The translations under genes were made by a program, and so were the position numbers. A stretch of DNA of 63,324 nucleotides, counting the filler, from Octopus bimaculoides (Eukaryota): NCBI RefSeq assembly GCF_001194135.2. It is 6 parts of 5 records of this genome, joined end to end, with 100 filler letters (N's around TTAATTAATTAA, not from the genome) between each part and the next. Parts side by side here need not be neighbours in the genome. Positions count along the whole stretch, not along the records: positions 45,794 to 53,879 come from NC_068985.1; positions 53,980 to 61,045 come from NC_068991.1; positions 61,146 to 63,324 come from NW_026421080.1; 3 more parts are not named here. One strand, 5' to 3'. Every line of letters starts with the position of its first letter. The stretch's first letter is position 1. The notes beneath the pieces are model-generated. The model worked only from the letters and a program-made list of their open reading frames with translations. It had not been told where the DNA came from and searched no databases. This document shows positions 50,716 to 62,545 of this stretch, piece by piece.

Positions 50716-51947
50716 TGCAGGGTGTGTAAGATATTTGAGGACACATTTATGTTTATAAAAAAAAAACAGATATATAATAACAATAAATTTATATATCAAA
50801 AAAGCTATGCGGATAAAAATAAACCTTCTTTTCTATAATGTTATTTAATAAAGCCATCTCCAACTTCAACGACTGCTTCTATGAGATCTAAATCATCTCC
50901 ATGCTCGAATCAAATGGTCCTGGTTTCATTTTGGACATTACTCTGACTATGGCAACTTCCAAAAAATCTTTGGCGTTATGGGCGTGTTCATTGACCTCTC
51001 TCTCAACAACGCTCCACATGTAAAATAGTCCAATGGATTGAGATCTGGGGAATTAGGAGGCCAAATGTTAAGGGTTATGTGATCATGAAAATTTTCAGCC
51101 ATCCATTCCTGTGTTACTAGAGCCACGTGGCCTTCCATTGCATACACTTCTATCCAGGGCTTAACAATTATTCCCAGGACTTCAATGTAGGCGGCAGAGT
51201 TAACTCTAAGGCCTTGTGGAAAGAAGTAAGGAGGCATCACATGTCCTTCATTGCGGACAAACCCTAAAACCATGATAGTTGCAGGAAATTTTGTATGCAT
51301 AACACTTGGAACTTCACAAGGGTCTGCAAATAACCATCAGTCATTTCTTCTGTTAACTTTTTGATCTCGGTCGAAGTTTTTCTCGTTTGAGGAAAACCAA
51401 ACCAATGCTTTTTCTGCTAGATTTTTCAGTTTCTTTAAGAGCCTTTTAGATCTGTTGGAGTGATTTTCTTTTGCCTTTTCTGAGAAATTGACCTTTCCTC
51501 ATCATTTAAGACTTATATGTGGTGTCTTCGTGGACAACGTTTCTGACTGTTCCTTCCGACAAATGGAGATCTTTTGCAATTGACCTCACGGACTTTCTGG
51601 GATTGTAATCAATGGTCTGTTGAAGTTGCTGGATAAATTCATGTGTTCTGATGATTTCAGAGCGTTTAGAATGCTTTTTATGCTTTGATACTGGTGATAT
51701 ATATCCATCTTCAGTCTCTAGCTCCTTACAAACTTTGTAGACAAAAGATCTGGCAACTTTTAAAAACTAGATGTTTCTAAATCACGATTCTCAGCCTTTA
51801 TAACCACAATAACAGCATGCCTCTTCATTTCTTGAGTAAGCTGAGGGTCTGGCATTTATTTTTCGAAACAAAAATTATACAAAGTTAGCAAATAATGCAG
51901 CAATGACCCCCAAAAGATATGTCCTTAAATACGTTACGCACCCTGTG
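50716..51947 (-). mobile_element. Tc1/mariner-superfamily transposon (maT/DD37D-like), both TIRs present
   Basis: TA-flanked TIRs cagggtg.gtaa..tattt.aggaca. HTKFPATIMVLG and WPPNSPDLNPLDY motifs. Confidence 0.88.
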
Positions 51948-51982
51948 TACACACACATACACACACACACACACACATACAT

Positions 51983-52894
51983 GTTCTTTATGTTTGATTT
52001 GTTTTCCATTTGTGTCTTTCGTTGTTCGAAGAAAAAGCTCATATTCCATGTACTCGTACTTCGTATTTTTTGTTGTATACGTATCGTGAGGTCATGTGAC
52101 CACATATGCAAGTATATATACTTATACTTATACATGTAAGCATGTATGTATATATGCATATATATATATATATATTATTTATATTATTATTTGATTGAAC
52201 ACCACGCATCCTCTTCCAAGTAAGTTTTATCTTAATAGTTGTGATGCGCACTCTCTACTATTTTTTACTGTTTCGTTTTTCTCCCTTTCACTCTTATTCT
52301 TTTACCGCCTCCTCTTCCGCTATTCTATCTTATTACTCTTTTGTTTTCTTTCTCTTTTCTTCTGCCTCCCCTTCTCCCCCTTCTGTTTTTTTCTTCTCAT
52401 TTATCCTATCTCCAAATTTTTTCCTCTCCCCCTTCACAGTTCTCTGCCAGTCACACTCTTTCCTTCACTCCTCCTCCCTTGCTCACGTTCACGTGGCTCC
52501 CACGTGACCACCGGCCATCTTCCTTCTCCTAACTTGTGTTTCTTTGTCTCCGTTGTAGCTGAATAAAAGAAGACATGTTCTTATTTGTCTCCTGTCCAAG
52601 CTTGATTTACACATTCGCCACCACAACCTCGTTTAGGCTTAGCAGCCCTTCCTGTTTGTTTTCACTCTCCTGTTTGTGTTACTACTTTTGACCCTCCGCA
52701 AAATCCCAAATTTTATTTTATTTGCTTTGCAGGAGCAACTGTTTTATCAAAAGCGTATCTTATTTATAAAAGCGCGAAATATGAGAGTAGAAAAACAGCC
52801 AACGACTGATGAAGGGTCGTTCTTTATGTTGTTTGTCTTGTTTTCCATTTGTGTCTTTCGTTGTTCGAAGAAAAAGTTTATATTTCATGTACTC
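51983..52894 (+). repeat. Element bracketed by about 75-bp direct repeats (51983-52055 and 52819-52894) with a CT-rich interior
   Basis: gttctttatgtt..ttgttttccatttgtgtctttcgttgttcgaagaaaaag..catgtactc occurs twice. CTGATGA at 52806. Confidence 0.6.
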
Positions 52895-52924
52895 ATGCGT
52901 CATACAGTCTACCTTTTACTCTGA

Positions 52925-53879
52925 GTTAGAGGCCCTTTGTCACCAGCAGAAGTAGGAGCTGTCTGAACTTTACTCAGGCTATTCTTATTCTAGCAGCTAC
53001 ACTTTCAGAGCACTCACCTCTGCTACTGACTTGGTCACCTAGGTAACGGAAGCTATCAACTACTTGTAGTTTTTCTCCCTGGAATGTGACAGAAGCTGTT
53101 CTCAGCACATTTTCAGTGTTTATTGCTCCTGAGCATCTGCCTTCTTTTGATATTGCTGCACCTTTCATGTGTCCATAGCTTACACCGAGTACATCTTATG
53201 GAGTTTCTACCTACACCTTTACTACAGATCAAGCCGAGCCATCTACCTGAAGGGATTTGTGTTTTGTCTGCCTTTCTACTTATTAGGACTTTGGTTTTAG
53301 CTAGGTTGACTCTAGGGCGCTTCAATTCTAATCCTTGCGTCCACACCTGAAACTTCTCCTCTAGTTCTGATAATTAGAGGAAGGTCACCAGCATAGGACT
53401 ATGATAAATAGGAGGGGCTGAGGACCTTGGTGGACCTCTACCTCTACCTGGAATTCTTCACTCTACTTGTTGCTAACCCTCACCTTACTGACAGCGTTCT
53501 TGTACATAGCTTGCACAGCTCTCACTAACCATTCATCTATCCCTAGTTTCCTCATTGTCCACCAGATAAGGGATCGGGGAACCAAGTCAAAGGCTTTCTC
53601 CATGTCAACAAAAGCCAGGTACAGAGGTTTATCTTTGGCTAGGTATTTCTCCTGCAGCTGTCTTACCAGAAATATAGCATTAGTGGTGCTTTTCCCTGGA
53701 ACAAACCCAAACTGCATCTCATCTAAACTGACTTTCTCCCTAATTAGTTGGGCTATGACCCTCTCGGTGACCTTCATTACCTGGTCCAACAACTTAATAC
53801 CTCTATAATTGTTTGTGTCTAAAGCGTCACCTTTACCTTTGTAGCAGTTGACTATGGTGCTGCTACACCAGTCATTGGG
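52925..53879 (-). mobile_element. RTE-clade LINE reverse transcriptase, internally deleted, with a PHD-like Cys-rich insert
   Basis: QFGFVPGKSTTNAIFLVRQLQEKY, FVDMEKAFD, VNLAKTKVL, C.KGVGRNSIRCTRCKLWTHERC and VDSFRYLGD motifs. Confidence 0.93.
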
Positions 53880-54429
53880 NNNNNNNNNNNNNNNNNNNNN
53901 NNNNNNNNNNNNNNNNNNNNNNNTTAATTAATTAANNNNNNNNNNNNNNNNNNNNNNNNNNNNNNNNNNNNNNNNNNNNTATTGATATAAAGATTAATGT
54001 CCATATATATATATATGGAATTTTGATTGTTTCGTGTGTCCAATTTCTAATTTTTGCAGACAATATCACTCTTTTACTTTATTTGACACATGAGTGGAAT
54101 TCATGTCTGGAAACCTCGTGACATACTTAGATTGTTGAAAAAAATCGATAATAGGGCCCATCCAATGGATCCTCTTATCTACTACATATTACTAATATTT
54201 TCTTTAAACAATCCAAGGGAAATAAACCATACCAACTGCAGTTTTTAGTGAAGTGATCAATATTTGATCACTGACCTCATTCACTGTTTTGAACTGCTAA
54301 ACATTATTATTGCACTTCCTTAATTTGAATCACTTCATTCATACATTTCTATACATACATACTCTTTTGAATGCCCATTACTCTGATAATTCTGCATTTT
54401 TACAGTTACACTTTCTCCATGACAGTAGA

Positions 54430-54740
54430 TAAATTTTTTCCCCGCAATGTATTTGTAGTGGCTTCATGCAGACATATCGTGGATTTGATCCTTGATTGCC
54501 AAATTTCATTTAACACTTCAACAGCGCTTTTCTCACTGTAAAACAATAGCTTTTCTGTGAATGACAACCTCTCTCACCAACTGCCGAAAACCTCTCTGCT
54601 CTAGCTGACAGTTTTTGTACTTTTTCGTTACAGAAAATACACCTTTTGTGGCAGTTATAACGAAAATGTTTTCCTATATCAGAGTAATAAGGCATTTCAA
54701 TAGAACATCTTTACCCCCCGAGAATTACTGAGTACACCAG
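54430..54740 (-). mobile_element. Possible DNA-transposase N-terminal fragment
   Basis: RCIFCNEK...CFTVRKALLKC and a downstream frameshifted SRIKSTICLHEA..KY..C, resembling the CLFC...DLHA.DA.YH..C pattern of Chapaev/CACTA-like transposases. Confidence 0.3.
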
Positions 54741-54903
54741 CTAGTATATACATATATGGATATATATACATATGTGGATATATATCTACACATAACTTCG
54801 TCTGAAATCTCTTTAGAAACTAGAAATAATCCCGTCTCATATAGACATAAGGTCTGAAATTTTGGCGTAAGTGATTTAGTTAATTACAATGACTCGTACT
54901 TAT

Positions 54904-56815
54904 TTCATCAACCTTCCAAGGATGAAAGGCAAAGTAAACCTCAGTTGTATTTGAACTCAGAATGCAAAGCCAGAAGGGATACAGCGAAGCATTTTATCAG
55001 GTATTCTAATGATTCTGCCATGTTTCCACCTTTTAGAAACCAGAAATTATGCAATTTCTAAGGTAGAATGAGAAGTTAAATGCTAAGACAACTAATGTCG
55101 CACACTATTAGGGCAGACAATTAGAATACATTATTATTCATACATTGCTTGTATCAACTTAATTTATCATCTTCCTCACTTAATGTCCACTTTCCATGCT
55201 GGCATGGGTTGGACGGTCTGACATGAAGCTTGGCAGCTGGAGGCTGTCCGAACTCCAAGTGTCTGTTGCAGTATGGTTTCTACAGAAGGATGCCTTTCCT
55301 GTGTGAAAGAAGGTTCTTAAAAGAAGTACTCAATCCACCTGCAGTGTTAGCCCTCGTGTTTCAAGATGTGATGGAATGGTACTGGTGTTTATATACTGTT
55401 GTAGCAGAAATACAAAAGTCTTATACTGGCGTTACGAAGGGCATCCAGCTGTAGAAACTCTGCCAGATCAGATTGGAGCCTGGTGTAGCAATCGGGTTCA
55501 CCAGTCCTCAGTCAAATCATCCAACCCATGCTAGCATGGAAAGCGGACGTTAAACAATGATGATGATGATTGCATGCACACATATCAGAAAGCATGTGCC
55601 TAGGCAGACGTTGCGAGCTCGTCGTGAAGGTAAAAGGCAGTTTGATACGTTACTTAAAGAAATCTTTGACGTAAATCTGATCCGTCAGCGTGTGTGTGCG
55701 TGTCATTTGTTATATAAAGAAATGTTCCTGGCTGAACTGTTTATTGTTCTATCTAAATCCTTGTCCTCCTNNNNNNNNNNNNNNNNNNNNNNNNNNNNNN
55801 NNNNNNNNNNNNNNNNNNNNNNNNNNNNNNNNNNNNNNNNNNNNNNNNNNNNNNNNNNNNNNNNNNNNNNNNNNNNNNNNNNNNNNNNNNNNNNNNNNNN
55901 NNNNNNNNNNNNNNNNNNNNNNNNNNNNNNNNNNNNNNNNNGCAGCTGGAGGCTGTCCGAACTCCAAGTGTCTGTTGCAGTATGGTTTCTACAGAAGGAT
56001 GCCTTTCCTGTGTGAAAGAAGGTTCTTAAAAGAAGTACTCAATCCACCTGCAGTGTTAGCCCTCGTGTTTCAAGATGTGATGGAATGGTACTGGTGTTTA
56101 TATACTGTTGTAGCAGAAATACAAAAGTCTTATACTGGCGTTACGAAGGGCATCCAGCTGTAGAAACTCTGCCAGGTCAGATTGGAGCCTGGTGCAGCCA
56201 TCTGGTTCACCAGCCCTCAGTCAAATCGTCCAGCCCATGCTAGCATGGAAAGCGGACATTAAACAATGATGATGATGATGACGACGCTCTTTATTCGATA
56301 CCCCCCAGCTCATTGGTCTGCAAGGTGTACACAATACGACTTAATGACTGCTTGAGAGTAGAGTAATGATGTTAGAGGTGGTGATATGGAGTCACTTTAT
56401 GTGCGTGCACACGTGCTTTCATCAACCTCCCAAGGATGAAAGGCAAAATAACCTTCAGTTGTGTTTGAACTAAGTATGTAAAGCCAGAAGAAATACGGCA
56501 AAACATTTTATCTGGCATTCTAATGATTCTACCACCATTTATAAACTAGAAATTATGCAATTTCTAACGTAGAAGGAGAGGTTAGATGGTAAGACAACTA
56601 ATGTCACACACTATTAAGGCAGTCAAGAATTAGAATAGCTTATAGTTCATACATTGCTTATATTAATTTGATTCATCATCATCATCATTTAACTTCCGCT
56701 TTCCAAGCTGGCATGGGTTGGACGGTCTAACATGGAGCTGGTCAGCTGGGTGCTGTCCCAACTCCAATTGCTTGTTGTCACATGGTTTCTACAGCTGGAT
56801 ACTCTTCCTAACGCC
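54904..56815. repeat. Old local tandem duplication (54904-55300 versus 56418-56815) with nested RTE tails
   Basis: SINE piece, unique spacer and RTE-tail junction are all shared between the two copies, which are visibly diverged. Confidence 0.8.
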
Positions 56816-57206
56816 AACCACTGCTTTTAACGTGCCACCAGCAGAGGCATGTTTGCGTAGCACTGGCATGGGTGCTGTTTATGTGGTATCGGGACCTGAA
56901 AGGATAAGCTTGTATGTGTGGAAGACAGGGATTTTAATTAGCTTGACCCATCTTCTGTATTCAGTGTCCAAAGATCCTTTCTCACCACCTCGTCCCATTT
57001 CTTCCTGGGTCTACCCCTTCCACAGGTACCCTCCACAATTAGAACTCGGCACTTCTTGTCCTCATCCATACACATCACATGACCAAACCAGCATGGACTT
57101 CTCTCTTGCACACAATATCTGATGCCTCTTAAACCAAGTTTTCCTTAGTTGTGCATACACACTGGCATATCAGTTCTTCAAAGACATTGATTAGGACATA
57201 ATAAAA

Positions 57207-57878
57207 CAGGGTGGTCCAAAGGTTTTGTTACCTCCTACATATTTATTATTGTCATTATTTATAGTTTTAGTACAACACCACCCCCTGCCCACATGTAATG
57301 ATTTGGGCCGCCATATTGAGTAAGCACCTGACAGGACCCTACTTCTTTGAGGGCACTGTTAACCAGCAATCTTATTTAGCCATGTTAAGGGAGTAGTTTG
57401 TTCCACAGCTCCAGAGATTGAATGTTGACCTGAATGATTGTTGGTTTCAACAAGATGTTGTCCCACCTCACTATGCTATCACTGAATGATAGGGCGAGGA
57501 TTGAAACAACTTTCAGCACCTGTTGATTGCCCCACCCTCCAGAAGTCCAGACATCATGTCTTGCAATAACGCTCTGTGTGGTATTATAAAGAAGAGAGTT
57601 TCACATGAATGATACCAGAACACCCATCAGTTGAAGGACACTAGAGAGCCTTTGCAACAATCACCAAAGCACAGCTTTGAAAAATATCACACAGGGGATG
57701 GCACCACATCATTTTGTGCCATGAAAACGATGGTGCTCATACAGAGCTTCTCGGTGTGTGACAGTGTCAATGAAAGTGAATAAACTAAATCCAATTCATG
57801 CTTAGGATTACTGCAATACTTGTTCTAGTGTTCTCATTACTTTTTGGTGGAGGATAACATGACTTCCAGACCACCCTG
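57207..57878 (+). mobile_element. Internally deleted Tc1/mariner-superfamily transposon
   Basis: TIRs cagggtggtcc / gaccaccctg|TA. WFQQDVVPPHYA and PPSRSPD motifs. Confidence 0.8.
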
Positions 57879-58859
57879 TACATGTGACCAACATTTTTTC
57901 AGCAAGGGAATTAAAACTTCTTCATGGAAGTAAAATTTATCGCAAAAACATTTGGAACAAGCGACAAAAACACAAATACACTCTATTGTGATGTCTAGTA
58001 GTTGTTATGTGATATTTTGCTATCTTGCTAACCCTATAAACATAAAATGGCTATATCTAGAAATTTAGAAAGGAAAGAAAATTATGGTGGCATTTTGAAA
58101 TTGAGAAAAATATATGTATGAGTCAAATATGTTGAAGGTTCTGTCATCATCTGGTACTTAAAATTGACTTTAATGCTCACAACTCTTCTTAGCTTTCAAA
58201 TGCATCCCATACAAATGGGGCTAGTGCAGATAAATGAATCTTTTGCAATCCTCATCTATCTACAACATGTCTTACTTCCCACTCACATCCCTGCGTGACG
58301 CAGATACTCCAAACACCTGCTGATCCCTTTCTCACTTCCAAACCTAGTTTCCACCAAACCAATATCACCTCTACTCCATAGTTTCATCCCAATGACTCAC
58401 CACTGGTGAACTGGCACAATTGTTAGAGCTTAGAACAGAATACTTTGCAGTATTTATTCTGGTTTTCTGCACTCTATGTTCAAATCCCACCGAGGTCAAC
58501 ACTGCCCTCCATCCTTTCAGGGTAAAAAAAAAAAAAAAAAAAAAATCAAATGCCAATTCAGGACAGAGGATCAGCAAGATTGTTAGAAAGTCAAGAGGCT
58601 TGAGTTATTTGTCGAGGCTCTTTGTTTCCAAGTTCTTGGGGGGGTAGGCTTAAATCTATTACAGTGACTGCAAGGTAGGTATTATTACTATTTGTTCACA
58701 CTGCTATCCAACTTCCAACATTAAATCTACTTTTCACTCATTAGCTGCCTTTGACTTTTTTTTTTTTTCCCTGAAAAATCCAGTCTCAAATGTATAACGA
58801 GTCTAAAATTATTACTACCATTAACACCATTGTTTTATTGAGATGAACATGGATGCATT

Positions 58860-60400
58860 TCAGTATAAAGTTGTCCTATTTTTTAGTATGTGATGGAAAA
58901 GACATTAGAGGGATTATAAAAAAAGTAGTCTTTAACAGAACTAAAACTGTACAATGGGATAATACTGGACTGACAGACAGACACAAGTATCACTGGTCAT
59001 TTAGAGTAGGGACAGTCCATTTCAAAAGAAAGTCTTTATCAAGTTTGACATTCGGTTCAGAAAATACTGGGTGTTTATCCACCCTCTAAGAAGAAAGAAT
59101 TGGAATCCTCTTCAGAATCAGTGAATTTTTATGGTAAACATTTGCCAAAGTATTCTGCAAAGAACAAACCATTTGCAAATTTGAGCAAGAAAAAATGTTG
59201 AATTTGGTGGGACTAAAAATGATGCTGGATGAAGTTTATATCAGGAATTTTATCACAGTATAACCACCCAGTTCTGTATTTATCAAGAAAGTAAACTGCT
59301 ATTGCGGTTTTAACAATAGTATGAACTACAAAGTATGCCTGTCTTTTTCTATTTGGTAGAAAATTTTTGTTTAGCTCTGTTGACAGATGCCTTGAATTTA
59401 TCTTTAACCCATACAAAAGAACTTTGATAACTAATGTATGAGCATGTTGAGGTGTGCCAAATATTATAGCATTTAGTTTTTATTTACATATATCGAGAGA
59501 CACACCACTCCTGATGTTCATGAACTCTCTTAACTGTATTTTAGGCCACAACCACAGGATACCAGTTGGCATTATACTGATAATTTCATATACTGGATAT
59601 GAACTGTCATGTTGCATCTTGAAACATTTACTGTCTGATCCAATACTAAGCAAAATCATTTCCAGAACAAAAAGAAACATCTGGAATAACTGTTTCAAGG
59701 CAGTTACTCCACATGAATAGCTCTTATAGGCATGTCTAACAGATTAACTCTGGAAAATGATACACTTTAAATTATGATTTTACTGGTCTGCCTTAAGTAT
59801 CCAAAAGGCAAATAATCCAGCGTTCATGATGTCCATTGTGCCATTACTGCTGTACACAATCACCTACACCTTGATATATGGTGGCTTGGCTATTCACAAG
59901 AAATCCAGGTATTACACTGACGTTCTGAATGTACAGAAAGAAAAAAATTTACAAGTGAATAGACTTTATTCATGGCACTAAAAATTAGAGCCCTGGACTC
60001 ATTTACACATGGATTACGTTCACGTTAACAACATCGGATTACATCTTATAGTAAATTCCTTTCCAGAATGGCCAAGTTGTATTCATGTTCTTGATAGTAA
60101 ACGCTCAACAGCAATAAGAGCGGTTTTGTGTGTAATTTCCACTCAGAATGAGTGTACTAAAAGGTTTTGGTATGAAGCAATGTGCCCAAATTTCATAATA
60201 AGCTGTTGTTGGCTCCATTCCTTAGAAAACATCCCCATACCAACTACAATTACATGGTACTGCAAAACAAAGGGTTAAAAAAATAGCATTAAAGACATTC
60301 TTCACCGGAAGAGGAATATTTGTATCATTTCTGCTCCAACTATAGCTCAGTTATCATCCTTCTCCTCGTGCTAACAGGTTATTAGGATTTTCTGCATTGA
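58860..60400 (+). mobile_element. Ty3/Gypsy LTR-retrotransposon pol remnant (RT end, RNase H region, integrase)
   Basis: PPSKKKELES..SVNFYGKHLPKYS (KELESFLGLVNFY-like), DPILSKII, HDVHCAITAVHNHLHLDIWWLGYSQEI (zinc-finger H..W-type), and PWTHLHMDYVHV...LIVNSFPEWP (integrase core). Confidence 0.8.
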
Positions 60401-60733
60401 TGGGACATCAAATTTGTGCACACATGGCTAGGTCCTAAAAATTGTAACCTTTGTAATACAAGCTATAAACAACACTGCTCCGATTACAAGGACTGTGATT
60501 AGAAATTTAGCTCATGCAAACCAAATTAACATAGGTATAACGCATGTATACATGAGCCCAGAGGTTTAACTTCTAGAACCAGATACCAAATCTGTTCTTT
60601 AAAAAAAAAATGTTATTTACACGCATTCAAAACGATAGCAAATGTGATTCTCTTGGTTTGAGAAGTAACCCTCTCTTCTCTACTGGGCTTGGCAGCGACA
60701 TAGAACAGCAAGAAATCCAAAGTGAAATCCAAA

Positions 60734-61010
60734 GTGAAAGAAGGTTCTTAACAGAAGTACTCGATCCACCTGCAGTGTTAGCCCTCATGTTTCAAGATGT
60801 GATGGAATGGCACTGGTGTTCATATAGTGTTGTAGTAGAAATACAAAAGTGTCGACTCCTTTTTTATACTCCAAGAATATTTCGTATATCGTATGCATAC
60901 ATATCAGAAATCATGTGACTAGGCAGTCGTTGTGAGCTAGTCGTGAAGGTAAAGAGGACAATTTGATACGTCATTTAAAGAGATTTTTTACGTAAATCTG
61001 ATCCATCAAC
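60734..61010 (+). repeat. Uninterrupted copy of the sequence that is split by an RTE tail at 55303-55700
   Basis: gtgaaagaaggttcttaa..tacaaaagt and catatcagaaa..catgtg..aaatctgatcc are shared with 55303-55419 and 55581-55700. Confidence 0.8.
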
Positions 61011-61145
61011 ATGTGTGTGTGTGTGTGTGTGTGTGTGCGCGTGCGNNNNNNNNNNNNNNNNNNNNNNNNNNNNNNNNNNNNNNNNNNNNTTAATTAATTA
61101 ANNNNNNNNNNNNNNNNNNNNNNNNNNNNNNNNNNNNNNNNNNNN

Positions 61146-61430
61146 TAAGCGGACAGCAGAACTGGAGGCAATTCAGCGTCACTATACAAAACAGATCACC
61201 ACAGTCCAACAGATGAACTTCAGCGAGCGACTGAATGCACTAGGTTTCTACTCCCTGGAGCACAGGCGGGAGAGATATGTAATAATATACATATGGAAAA
61301 TACTGGAAGGACTGGTACCAAAATTTGGCCTCAAGTACTACACGAATGCCCGCCCAGGTCGCCACTGCATGGTAGCAAGGGTACCGTCCACTGCATCTCA
61401 TATAAGAACAAGGTACTCCAACAGCCTCGA
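61146..61430 (+). mobile_element. CR1-type LINE ORF2 C-terminal fragment
   Basis: ELEAIQRHYTKQI...SERLNALGFYSLEHRRERYVIIYIWKILEGLVP. Confidence 0.85.
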
Positions 61431-62545
61431 AATGGCTCGAAATGAGACACAATTTAGGGCAGCGATGTGAAATTTCTATTATACACCAGATGTGCCACCA
61501 AAACTCTTGATTGGAGAAGAAGAGCCATGCAAGGAACGTGAAGAGAGCACAGCATAAAGACAGAAAGTCACGGTGGTGCTCCAGCATGACCACACCCACT
61601 TGGCTGAAACGCATATATATATATATATTTATATATATACATACATATATATATATATATNNNNNNNNNNNNNNNNNNNNNNNNNNNNNNNNNNNNNNNN
61701 NNNNNNNNNNNNNNNNNNNNNNNNNNNNNNNNNNNNNNNNNNNNNNNNNNNNNNNNNNNNNNNNNNNNNNNNNNNNNNNNNNNNNNNNNNNNNNNNNNNN
61801 NNNNNNNNNNNNNNNNNNNNNNNNNNNNNNNNNNNNNNNNNNNNNNNNNNNNNNNNNNNNNNNNNNNNNNNNNNNNNNNNNNNNNNNNNNNNNNNNNNNN
61901 NNNNNNNNNNNNNNNNNNNNNNNNNNNNNNNNNNNNNNNNNNNNNNNNNNNNNNNNNNNNNNNNNNNNNNNNNNNNNNNNNNNNNNNNNNNNNNNNNNNN
62001 NNNNNNNNNNNNNNNNNNNNNNNNNNNNNNNNNNNNNNNNNNNNNNNNNNNNNNNNNNNNNNNNNNNNNNNNNNNNNNNNNNNNNNNNNNNNNNNNNNNN
62101 NNNNNNNNNNNNNNNNNNNNNNNNNNNNNNNNNNNNNNNNNNNNNNNNNNNNNNNNNNNNNNNNNNNNNNNNNNNNNNNNNNNNNNNNNNNNNNNNNNNN
62201 NNNNNNNNNNNNNNNNNNNNNNNNNNNNNNNNNNNNNNNNNNNNNNNNNNNNNNNNNNNNNNNNNNNNNNNNNNNNNNNNNNNNNNNNNNNNNNNNNNNN
62301 NNNNNNNNNNNNNNNNNNNNNNNNNNNNNNNNNNNNNNNNNNNNNNNNNNNNNNNNNNNNNNNNNNNNNNNNNNNNNNNNNNNNNNNNNNNNNNNNNNNN
62401 NNNNNNNNNNNNNNNNNNNNNNNNNNNNNNNNNNTCTTATATATTTATACATATATATTCATATTCTTATATACATATATATATATGTATGTATATATAA
62501 TATAAATATATTCCAATATATATATATATATATATACATATATAT

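Noticed and set aside
55942-56165. Near-exact repeat of 55234-55460 across an N gap
   Set aside because: Near-identity on both sides of a short gap suggests an unmerged overlap or haplotype. It cannot be called a real duplication without reads.
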